Source: Tricharina praecox (Eukaryota). From it: a DNA stretch of 64,000 nt. The notes beneath the pieces were generated by a model that saw nothing but the letters and a program-made list of their open reading frames with translations, had not been told where the DNA came from and did not search any database. Each line of letters begins with the position of its first letter. The stretch's first letter is position 1. The DNA is taken from positions 62,001-126,000 of the forward strand of contig NW_026250425.1 of NCBI RefSeq assembly GCF_024521635.1, in the 5' to 3' direction. Shown one piece after another: positions 25,046 through 36,649 of the stretch. The translations under genes were made by a program, and so were the position numbers.

Positions 25046-25438
25046 GTGGTACATAGAGCTTTCTCTAAAGGGAACGGTAGGAGCACAGACACCCCATATT
25101 CAGGGCAAGAAAACATTCTTTTACGGACTGGCCTTGCGTGGACTGGCCTTCCATGAGAAGGCCATTGAGTGCTTCTGCTACCATTTTCACCAGATGCGAT
25201 CGATATTTGCGTGCAAGACGTAGAATCGCGGGTCGCGACGAACAGACAGATATCAACTCTCGATTTCCGTTGACGACCTAGCAAGCACAAAACTATCGAA
25301 AACATCGGACCTAGAAGTCGCGACCAGCCTGAGCCCAACCGGCTTCATGATGAGCCAATGCTGCCCTCCATACATCTACAACTCGGAATCTATTGCCGTC
25401 AGCACCTTGCGCCCATATACTCCCCATCTACGGACAAG

Positions 25439-26155
25439 ATGAATACCATACTCTCCACATCCCAATTCGTCCTTCCCCTGATGGGGACGATTCTGTGCTC
25501 CAGCCTGACCGGCACGAGCTACGTCCTACTCTACGTCCTGCTCTACGCCCTGCTCTCCCTCCTGCTCTCCCTCCTGCTGTTACCGATCTCCTACCTCTTC
25601 ATCACGGTCGTCTGGTACGCCCGACGGATCATCCTGGGGACGGTCAAATACATCCTGCTCATCCCGCCGCGGCTGCTATGGTACATCACCACGCTGCCGT
25701 TCGAAATCATGCTGTCCATCGTGCAGCTCACCTTCCTCGCCGCCAAAATGGCATTTATCGCCTTCGCGATATACATTCTGATGAGCTACGTCCGGGGTCC
25801 CCAACCCGCCGCCCCCACGGCGTCGGGGTTGTTCTGGCACCTGCTCGGAGGCCTGCACAGCCGGGCGTACACCACCGTGACCAGCTACGGATTCCAGTAC
25901 ACCATCGGTACCGCCGTCGCCGCGTTCGTCGCCGAGTACACCCGCGCACACAGCAGCTCGTACCCGCGCGTCCGCCGAGTTGTCTGGTTGCTGTGGGTGC
26001 TCGCCCGCAGGTGGGTTGCCAGCGGGGCGTTCTATGAGAATGGGTGGAACCCCGTCGACGAGCTGTATGCTGCGGTGCCGAGGTTCGGGGGGTGGCTGAT
26101 GGAGGGTTCCGCCACGCAGGCGGTCGTGGCGCTGCTGCTGAATGAGGTTCCGTAG
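25439..26155 (+). CDS. Hypothetical hydrophobic (multi-TM) protein, about 238 aa
   Basis: Intronless ORF with strong GC3 bias and several long hydrophobic stretches; ATG at 25439. No recognisable domain. Confidence 0.6.
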   Translation: MNTILSTSQFVLPLMGTILCSSLTGTSYVLLYVLLYALLSLLLSLLLLPISYLFITVVWYARRIILGTVKYILLIPPRLLWYITTLPFEIMLSIVQLTFLAAKMAFIAFAIYILMSYVRGPQPAAPTASGLFWHLLGGLHSRAYTTVTSYGFQYTIGTAVAAFVAEYTRAHSSSYPRVRRVVWLLWVLARRWVASGAFYENGWNPVDELYAAVPRFGGWLMEGSATQAVVALLLNEVP

Positions 26156-27950
26156 TTGGCGGTGTATAGGCCGATATTGATGGGGACGACGTGAGTTTCA
26201 GAGCCTTGTATATGTCCTGTAAGTTTACTCTGGAGGCGGGCGCAGCAGCTGGAGCAGATGCGAATGTATGTATGTGTGTATTCGGGTTGGATTTGTTCGG
26301 AAAGTAGACGTGTACCGCGTAGGGGGCCGGCCGCCGGTGTTGAATACCGTAGTGGCTGGACACTGACGATCACGAGATTGGTCGTCAATGTGGGCAATTC
26401 CAGATGTCGAACTTCTGCCACGGAGCAGGATAGGCAGAGTGGGAAAAGCCCGCACGACCGTTTCCATCCCCATCTCCATCCCGTCTCCATCCTCATCTCC
26501 ATCCCCATCCCATCCCATCTCCGAAACGGTGCGGTACTCATCCTGCCATCGTGCGCGTCCCCCAACTCCTCAGCCCTACCCGAGCCAACCTTCCTCTCTC
26601 ATCCATCTCTCTTCCCTCGCAGAAAGAAAAACAAAACCCTTCACACGAACAACCAACCTCCAACCTCCAAGCCCGTTACCCAGCACCAGTCCTATTCCTA
26701 GCGATGCCAGTACGTAATAGCCCCACCCGCTTCTTCTTGGCCCTGTCTCTGTGTCCCTGGAACCCATCCGCGCGGGTAACTATCAGGTAATAGCTTGGTT
26801 CGCCAGCGTCCAGGAGGCAGCACCGAATTTCCGGTAGCGAATCTCTAATCTCGAACGAAGCGATCCGCCCGGTCGTGATCTAGATCTACGATGGAAAGCT
26901 TCCGATGGATCTGGATGGCCGCATGCGGAAACGGTTGCGAGTGATGTGATGTGACACCTCGTGGCACATCCCGTCGGCTGCGCGCGAGTGTGTGTGTGAG
27001 TGTGAGTGGGCCGAAGATCTTTTTTTGATGTCGGCCCGGTGCGTGGCCGAGCGAGAGGAGGAGGGGGCCGTACCCATTGGCCGAGCGCCCTGCCCCCCGG
27101 CCTCGCGAGTCGCCACCCCCATCGCCCCCCGACCGAGAACACCCCACCCCAGTGACCCCACCCCACCACCCCACCGCCGCCGCCGCCGTTGCGATTCGTC
27201 GCGACGAACGAGAGTCGCGACAGCCCACCCACCTATGCGCATCGTAGTTATGCCTGCCTGCCTGCCTGCCTGCCCTAGTTAGCCAGCTAGCTTCCCTTTC
27301 CAAGTCCCTCCCTCGCGCCAGCCATCTGGACCCCCACGCCGCCCAGTCCCGTCGCACCTCGGGCTCGTCGCGCTCGAATTACCACACAGCCTTACACACC
27401 AGCGCCAACTCCTGTCCCCCCCGTCTCCCCTGTCCCGAGGCGCGAAAGCACGCACGCTAAAAAAAGAGCTCGAAAAAAAAGACTTGGGGTCTTTACATAA
27501 AGCCGACGACAAATCCCGGATTAGAGTAGCGATGGTACGATACCGTGAATCCGTGATGCATAGTACTCTACATACCCGGTTCGCCAGCGACCGCCGCCGA
27601 CCACAGACCAGGATCCGGATTAACTATTGGTTCAAGGTTGGTGACGGTGTTGGCCCAAGGTTGGCGGTGGAACTTCAGTGGATGACCGCGAAACGAGAAA
27701 CGAGAAACGAGAATCGAGTTTGTTCCGTTCCCACTTCCGTTCCGTGTCGCCGTTCCGTATCGCTCGGGGTCGCCCGCCGGGTGTATGTAGCTGGGTATCG
27801 CTGGGTACCGGTATCGCCGGGTGTCGCCGAGGTGACTCGTGCGCTGGTGCGGTCGTCGCGCAGCGGCGCGGCGGGCGTTTGCACCTAGCAGAGGGCCAGT
27901 CTCCAGAGGAAGGAATGCTGACACCGCGAGTGACCTAATGGCTGTCAGCC

Positions 27951-28020
27951 CCGTCCAGTGCCGTCCAGTGCCGTCCAGTGCCGTCCAGTGTCGTCCAGTG
28001 CCGTCCAGTGCCGTCCAGTC
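27951..28020. repeat. 10-bp minisatellite (CCGTCCAGTG) x7
   Basis: Read directly from the sequence. Confidence 0.95.
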
Positions 28021-28731
28021 CAGTCGGGTTCCTGGAGATACGGTACCGGTACCGGTATGAATGTAGATACATAATGTAGATAGTGGCGTAGCGCTGAACT
28101 TACCTCCCTCCCTCCGTCCTCCGCCGTCCTCCCATCCTCCAACCGGCCACCCGCCGATCTCCGTCCGATCTCCGCCACCCCCCACCGGCCCAGCCTCCAG
28201 GCAGGCGGACATCACGAATTGACATACCTACACACATACACATCTAGATCTCTGCTGAGTTGTAGCTGTTATTGTCGTGATTGGCATCCGCAATGTGCAT
28301 ACAGTGCAGTAGAGTAACCTAAGTACCGGTACTACTTATAAAATTTATAAGAGCAAAACGAAAGAATATGCCGCCGCCGCCCCCCATCCCCACGTACATA
28401 CAAAGTAACAAACAATCCCCACCCCCAACTGAAATCCAAACCCGCATAACTATCGCTCCAAAAACCGAACGGCCTCCCCTACATACAGGCAGAGGCACAT
28501 ATCCACGATATCCAACCCCCCTAAACAACAAAGAAACTGCAAGAAGAAAAAGGTCGCGGCGTAGTTAATGGTATCAAAAACGAAAACGAAAACAAAAAAA
28601 TTAGAAAAATAAATAAAACACCCGCTTGTATGTGATAACCAATTGCAAACCCAAACCGATCCCAAAAAGTGATGATGATGTATCCAAAAAACGAACGGTC
28701 GTAAGAAAAACAGGAGAAATTGGAGTTAGAT

Positions 28732-30638
28732 CTAGTCCTTCTTCGTGTTGAGCTCTGTAACGGGCGACGGCGGCGTCTGGTATTGTGGTGATGAGCCCTC
28801 GATCATCTGGCTGTGTGCGGCGATGCCGTGGCGGTCGCCAGCTAATGGAACGGAAGACCTGTCAGTTTTCTGTTGATGATGGATGGAAGGGTTGGGGTGA
28901 TTTGGTAGGCGGGCGGGCGAGTGTCGGGAGAAGAAAGCGGAGAAGATGACGGGGAAAGCAAAGACAGGCGCGGAGAATGACGGGCACGTATTATGCCTCC
29001 ATCATCTCCACCCTTATTCCTGCTTTGTGGGGGGAACATTGATCGCATCGAAGGAGGAAGAACCAGGGAGCTCACCCGCAACAGGACTCGGCTGGTGATG
29101 GTACTCCTTCGCCGGGGTCCAGGCGAGGTAGTCGCGGCGGACCTCGACATAGTCGTACGCGAACTCTCCGAGCTGGTCGTCGTCCATTCCGAGGAGCTCT
29201 GCCTCCTCAGTCGCGCGCAGCTGCAGCCCGGGAACCATGTTGATGGCGTAGCAGATCAGCGCGGTGACCACGAACGTGTACGCGGTGCACGCGACGATGT
29301 ACGCGATCTGGATGTACAGCTGCTTCCAGTTGTGGTTGAGCCAGCCGCCGGTGATGCCGTTGTTGACGCCGTCGAGGCCGATGACGTAGTCGGCGGCGAA
29401 CAGGCCGTTGAAGATGAGCCCGAGCATGCCCGCCACGCCGTGCTCCGCGAACACGTCCATCGTGTCGTCGATGTGGATCAGGTACTTGATCTTGGTGGCG
29501 TAGTTGCAAATGACGCCGGAGCACACGCCGAGAAGGATCGAGGCGTGCAGCGGTAGGAAGCCGGAGGCAGGAGTAGCCGCGACGAGGCCAGAGATCAGCC
29601 CGGAGCAGAGACCGACCATTGACCACTTCTTGGCCAGACGGAAATCAAGGAGCACCCAGGTCATTCCAGACATGACGGCGGTCAGGTTCGAGTTCCAGCA
29701 GGCGATGACAGCGCGGAGGTTAGCACCGAAAGCGGATCCTCCGTTGAAGCCGAGCCAGCCGAACCAGAGGAGGATTGTTCCCAGGGTGATCAAGGAGACG
29801 TTGTGGGGGCGGAAGTTGAGGAGCATCTTCTCCTGACGCTTGCCGAGGACCATCGAGTATGCGAGAGCACCGACTCCGGAAACGATCTCAACGGGACCAC
29901 CGCCTGTAGAAAAAACCAATCAGCATCGGCAAGCCCTGCCGCAATCCCCCCAACCCGTGAAGAACATACCAGCGTAGTCCAAAACACCGTACTGGAAAGC
30001 CCATCCGTTGACATTCCACACCCAGCAGCAGACGGGGCAGTAAACGAGGGTGGTGAAGAAGAAGGTGAAGACCATGGCGGGGAGGAGTCTACCGCGCTCG
30101 GCGATAGCGCCCATGACGATGGCGACTGTGACGGCGGCGAACTGCATCTGGTAGAAACTGTACAGCAGCTCGGGAATGAGCGGCGAGCCTGGTGACGGAG
30201 CGCCCAACGTGTTCTGGAGCGCAAAGCGCTTGAGGTCGCCGATGAAGCCGTTGGTTGCACTCGGCGACAGCGCGAGCGAATATCCCCAGAAATACCACTG
30301 GAACGTCACCACCGCCGACGATCCTATACATGCCCAGATGAGGGACAGAGCGGACTTGCGCCGGGCGAGACCCGAGTAGAGGAAGCCGAGGCCGGGAACC
30401 ATGATCATCACCATCGCCGAGGCGATGAGGATGTAGGAGACGTCACCATGAGTGAACCACTGGTTCAGGTTCTCGGTTCCTGGAAGGGGGAATGCGGTCA
30501 GTTCGGCCCGGGCCAAAACCACCGACGTCCCAGTCGAGACGATTGCGGTTGGACGGGACAATGCTCACTTGAATCACCACCCATCAACGCGTTTGTGCCA
30601 TTGAATTCGGTCGGCGCACCGGTATGGGCGTACGACAT
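28732..30638 (-). CDS. meaA: Ammonium transporter (Amt/Mep), Glu-His MeaA/Mep1-like subtype
   Basis: Exons 30638-30569, 30479-29970, 29903-29076 and probably 28841-28732. Motifs MVPGLGFLYSGLARRKSAL, YQMQFAAVT, ERGR, DYAGGGPVEIVSG, LWFGWLGFNGGS, GLVAATPASG, DDTMDVFAEHG and GMDDDQLGEFAYDYVEVRRDYLAW. Confidence 0.93.
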
Positions 30639-30877
30639 GTTGGCGAACTGGAGATTGAAGCTGCTGTTACTGAGTTGTAGATACGGAGCGGTCGTGTCGA
30701 TGTCGTGGATGGACTTCGATTGTCGGATATGGCCAAGCAAGTCGTCTTATACCAGGCACTGCCTCGACTTGTGTATATGCTGATGGAGAGCTGTAGTGGG
30801 ATGGAGAGGAGATCGAAAGAGAAAGGGACCCGATGGAGGGGGCAGGAGCCCGACAATTAAAGGATCCGACTCTCGGT

Positions 30878-30905
30878 GGGGGGGGGGGGGGGGGGGGGGG
30901 GGGGG
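30878..30905. repeat. Poly-G tract (28 nt) about 240 bp upstream of the Amt start codon
   Basis: Read directly; homopolymer length may be affected by assembly error. Confidence 0.9.
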
Positions 30906-31465
30906 AGGATCTCGGGTTGTCTGATTCACCAATGCTGATACACATCACACCAGGAGGTTGCGGGAACCTCGGGTCCAGCTTTCCGTGCGCAGGAGGGATG
31001 CGTGCGGGGACGTATCTCCGTACGAAGTTGTAATTAGTGTTAGAGCATGTCAATAGCGAGCGAGCAGATAACCAGTGCGCCACCGTTTTCGTTGCACCAA
31101 GCTTTCCAGCGATGGCGTCGCAAGCAGCAGAAGGCTGTGGGGTGGGTAGGACCTGAATCTGGGTACATTCCTGCCAAGACTAAACTGTTCCTGGAGAAGG
31201 ATCGAGTTCCTGGACGAGAAGGAACGCCGCCTTCGGGTATTTTTTATTTTTATTTTTTATTTTATTTTGCCGCAGTTGGCAAGTCCGCGACGAGCCCGGC
31301 GAATCAGGGCTGGCTGGTCAGCAGCTAGAAGAAAGTCCCGGTACAGCAGCGATAGAGCATCTTGTCGCACAATTCCCCGTTCAGACATCTTGCTGGGGTT
31401 TGGAACGTCGCCGAACTGGCAGCGCAGGCAGTTGGCTGGGGGGAACCGGGGAGGGGGGGCTCGCC

Positions 31466-31600
31466 CTATCTAGGTAACTATGATACCAGTACACTCCTGC
31501 TCAACGGGTTCGCTCTATCTGGGTAACTTTGATACCAGCACCACCACCACTCGTGCTTGACGGGTTCCTTCCATCTAATCTAGGTAACCATGATACCACC
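31466..31600. promoter_or_regulatory. Three diverged 49-60-bp repeats containing GATA cores upstream of the ammonium transporter
   Basis: CTATCT(A/G)GGTAAC..TGATACCA units at 31466, 31515 and 31575. Copies 1 and 2 contain AGATAG (HGATAR) on the minus strand. Confidence 0.4.
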
Positions 31601-34600
31601 ACCATTCTCCATCGCCGGGCTCCATTCTGCCTTCCTACATTCCCTACCAGTACTACTGCTTCCTCCCAGCCCTGATCGTGCCGGATCTGATTGGCCTGGG
31701 AACCGCATTTAGAGGTGCTCCAGGCACTCTATCGGATGCAGAGAGCGCTCTACTCCACTGCTACTAGCAAGTCCTCTACTCAACTCTACTAGCACCGTGT
31801 ACTGTACATGGTCGCCTCCCGTACTGAGCTGTTTCCAGAATTTATCCGAGACCTGCTCGCGTGTTGGAGCCATTCGTGCCTCGTGCTTCGATTCGATTGA
31901 TGATGCACATCCGCATCTCTTGGCGTGGGATGGCCACTTGGCAGAGTTGCCCGTGGAGGTGGTGGGGAACACACCGCAGTGTGCTACATACTACCGACTT
32001 ACCAGTAGTTATCGCACCTGCTTCGTTTCCTTCACGTCGACTCTAGATACATACTCGAGTCGCTTATCATGCTTCGCGGGGCATAGAGCAAAGTACCGCC
32101 GGTATACGGTATGACACTGTGTCCTGCCTTGTGTTTGAAGGAGGGCCGTGGTTACAGATAACAAAGTGCTGAACACCGTACGCAGGCGAAGTAAGGGCGC
32201 AATCTACCGGCAACTATCTTCTCTACCGTCGATTTGCCAGCCTTGGGACGACGACGTACGGCGCACTGGCACTGGCTTCCGAGAAGCCAAAGCCCGGCAT
32301 GGGAATGTACAATACGGGAACTCCCACTAGGGCTGCGGCGAACAGAACCGCTAGATAGTTAGCCCTCCGAGCTAAGGGACGAACTAACATCTCTTCCGTA
32401 GGTGGCGCACGCAGAGATAAGGGAAGAAGCCGGAGCAAGAAATCGAAAGTCGTAGGGCCCGTCATCATCACCAAGATCGTCCCCTTCGGGTATCGATAGC
32501 GAGTATGCTATAGGTAGTACGGTATGCATAGAACTGCTGCCCCCGAGAAGGTGCGGCCACTGCGGTGGCCGAGTGCTGCTCCAGCTCCCAGCTCCCAGCC
32601 GCCGGCATAGCAGGGCGCAACCGGATCAGCCGCAGATCGGGGACGTGGGCAAGGCAACTGGGCAGTTACGCCAACCCGCCGAGAATCCCCCCAGTGGAGC
32701 GGTGGAGCGGTGGCGCTCGGCTGGCTCCGATCATTCCATCGTTCACATACATACACCAACGGCGAAGTTTCAGGTGAGATGGACTGGATGGATGTACCGG
32801 TCCTGTACTCTACTCTACCTACTCTGCGCTGCTTTGCGCTGCGCTGCTCTGCTCTGATATGCTCTGCTCATATAAGCTGGCCTGGCCCTGGCGCGAGGTT
32901 TCTAAATGATCGCCGACGTGGGGGGCGCCGCTGATTATCAAAGCATCCTCATCTCCTCCTCCTCGCAACAACAACAATCAACAAACAATCAACCAGCATG
33001 GCCAGAATGTCGAATCTCTAGCGATTCCCCAGCAACATCAGCGCCTGGTACTCTATCTTACCCTCTCACTTGTGTCAACAACATGAATCACCAACTCTGG
33101 AGTGCGCTGTTGCATAGTACTCCACATACACAGGGCAGCTATAGCACCTACTACCGTAACCCGTACCTAGTATTCCAACTAACTCCGCACTCCAAGCCAA
33201 GCTCTCGATGGGCTTCCCTTCTTCTGATATGATAACCAGCCAGCCACCGACCGGCAGATATTCCACATCTGCAATTGGCTTCTCCCCTTCTCCCCTTCTC
33301 CGTGTACTCTATCTAGTCGCCGTCCCACAGATGATAAAAAGGTGCCTTGGCGAGTCTGACAGTACCACGGTTCCGGAGCTGGTCTGGCCAATGGGCGCGC
33401 CGCATCCGCCTCGCTAAAATTTCGTGCGCGACACGGTTATTTGTTGTTTTCACGCGCGAGGTGGTCAGAGATAAGGAATTGCTTGGCGGCGCCGCGGGTG
33501 GAGTAGGTTTGTTTTGTATGGAACATGGTGTACGGTAGACAACTCTACGCGGGACTGAGATGGAGATGAATCATGATGATTGATGCGGAGGCGAAAGGCG
33601 AGAGGCGAGAGGCAGAGGTCGTCGTCTCCACCACAGAGGGCGCAGCAGCAGTGGGCAATGGAGGGGAATGCTTATCCATTGGAGCGGGAAGAGCGACGAC
33701 ATGCACAACTCGCATGGGAAACCTTCAGACTCTGGGGGCGGGGGGAAACCGAACGGCAGCACCTCATAGCGACGCAAGATTCTCGTACGACTCGATGCTC
33801 TTGGTCGGTCCGACGGCGCGAAGGCGGCGATCGAAAGGCGGCGATCGAAAGGCGGGATCGAAAATCCGGGATGACTGTGGGTCTGCACGGACTCGAGTCC
33901 TCCCGGCCACGGAATAAAAACACTACCTCAATTCCTACAAACCCACGCCGTAACTATACTATATGATAGCGCCAACCGCCTCATCCGCGCGCGGCTTCCC
34001 GTTCCCCGTTCGTTCGCGATCTATCATCTCTTAAGGCGAGCCAGTCTCCCAGTTTCGCAGACCCAGACCAGACCACTCACGACCCGGCGCCACCCGTCAG
34101 TCCGTCAGTCCGTCAGCGTCAGTCCGCCGGGCTTCTTGGATCTCCATTCTCCCGCCACGCAATGCCAATGCAATGCAGGGCAGGGCCCAGACAGAAAGAA
34201 AGAAAGCGCGGCAGGCACGCACCCCACCCCCTCGGCGACCAGTCGTTCCCCAGTCGTGCGTGTGCAGAGCAAACGTGGAGGCTCGCTCGGGGGAACAGAT
34301 GTATGGATGTGCGGTATGGTGTGTAGGTGTGTATATAGTGGTACATAGGCATGGCATGGCATGGCATGTACAGATGACCCGGCGTTGGAAAGGTTTGCAT
34401 TCGGCGACCATAACTACTAGGTATGCTAAAGCCGATCGCAATCCAGTCCTAACTGACTATCCCATCCCTAACCCTTCGTTACACAGTTAGTTACACGGTT
34501 ACCCCGGATCATGTATCGCAGTGGGCGAATCGAATCGCCAGCATCCCGGTCGGCCGGCCGGCGCGGAAATATCGACCAAGACCAAGATCATGACTCTGTA

Positions 34601-36649
34601 TCGAGGCAGGTATCTATTTCTTCGCCAAACCGCCAGATGAGGGCTGCCTCCTCTAACGGGGAGAGGGGCTGCTTCCTGAACGGAGCGCGGCGAACACTCT
34701 ATCAGTCCGTCGCATCGGAGCCAACCATAGCTGCTTACTTACCTCCCGTATCCCCCACATTCCACTCCGCCCTCTTCATGCTCGCCGCAGTCATCCACCA
34801 CCCCCGATCTCCGGCGCCGCCGTCAACGCCTCAGCGCCTCAACGGCCCCAAGATCTCGGCGATTCTAGGCCAGGCAGCGCTATGAAACATACATCGCCGG
34901 GGAACCCGCAAGTTCTCGTGGATGAGTGGAGGAGATGACGCGTGACGAGGAGCTAGAAAACATGTCGGAGAGGTTGCGGCTTGCGGAGGAAGCCGGTCGG
35001 CGGGCTCTCTCTTGGTCTCTCTTGCTTTCTCTTGCGAGGACCCATGTACAACATATCTACCCCATCCATGTGCAAATTAGGTATGTTGGGGAGATCGTTC
35101 GAGGCGTGAACGAATACCACCTACCTATACATATCACCCCTGGGCCCACCCTCGCTACGTGGATCGTCGCCGACTTCACGTTGCACGCACGCCAGTCGCA
35201 CGCACGCGTACAACGTACATCCATCCGGCACGGTGGAGTGGAGTGGAGTGGAGTGGAGTGGGTAGGCGCAGGATGACAGTAGGTACGGTACATCATGCGA
35301 GGGTACTACGCAGTGTCAGGTTGCCGTGGGTCGGCCAGTAACCGGCCGGTATGTCGGCAGGATGTAGGTAAGTATGTATGTATGACCCTGTCTGGGGAAG
35401 AAGAAGGAGAAGAAGAAGAAGAAACATCGAGCCAACGTCTACTATGTGTACCTGATCCGCAGGAACCTCCGGAGTCCATCTTGCAATCATTCGTGGGCGC
35501 GGCGATCTCGCTCCGCCTCGGGCTTTTTACGACGCCACGATGCTATGTACCGATACGAAAGCGAGCAGATTACAATGTTACATGTCTCGCCGCCCGACAA
35601 CAAGGCTTGAAGGAGCGTCACACTGTCACACATTTCCCCCCACGTCCTTAAGGCTTACACAGGTACACCGTACACCGTACACGAACTCATCTCCAATGTC
35701 TACCACGGACTATGCGGAATCCCGCATTCCACCGTCCACCGTCCACGTCGTACGTATGTACACAGCACCACCGCATGACAGCACCACCGTAACGTAGCTC
35801 ACGTCGCACGTTGCACGCAGGCAGGCACGCACCAGATCCTGGGGAAGGGGGGAGGGAGGGGAGGGGAGAGGAGGTATCGTGCAGATGCCGGGCTCTATCA
35901 CTCACTATCACTCGAATTCTTGCAAATCTGCACCATCGACGAACCGTGCAAATTGTTCATTTTCTCATGTGTAAAGTAGTCTGGCAGATAGTGCTCTGGC
36001 GGGTAGTGAGCTAGGAGAATTGTCCGTCAAGTCAAGCGCTGCAGCGATTCGTGAGTCGTGATGTCCCGAACGCGTACATACCACCGATACCACCGACAAC
36101 CCGACCGTGAATAACACTGTAGTGTAGCATATAGGTCGTGTGAATGGATCCCTGAGGTTACGACCCCGCGGCTGGTGATGCACCGCGTCGATCGAAAGCT
36201 ACGCAGGTCGATAAAACTTGTAGCCGTGACTTCCTCCGGCTACGCAGTGCGGTGGTTGCTGTAGCTGTGGATACTTGGCGATAGCCAGGTGCAGAAGCTA
36301 TGGGTTCTTGAGTGCTCACTGTTGTGCTTCATCTTTGTGTACACAAGTGGATATTCTACTGGCCCCTAGGTTCGGGCACGGCAGTATTCCTGCTATTCCT
36401 GCGCCCTCCCCCCTCCCCCAGCTACCGATAGTGCATCCTTATCTTCTCAGCCTCTCGGCGACCATGGATACAAGAAGAATAACAAGTAAAAGCCAAAGAA
36501 AAGAAGAGGAAAAAAAAAACGGATATCCGTGTTCCGAGTGCCAACCCATGACTACGGCTTGCAACGTGGAGGTTTTTGCCAGGATCCTGGGCGTGGCGGA
36601 CTTGAGGTCTTGCGTTGTTGCTCTTCGTGTTATGTTAGACGGCGGTGAA

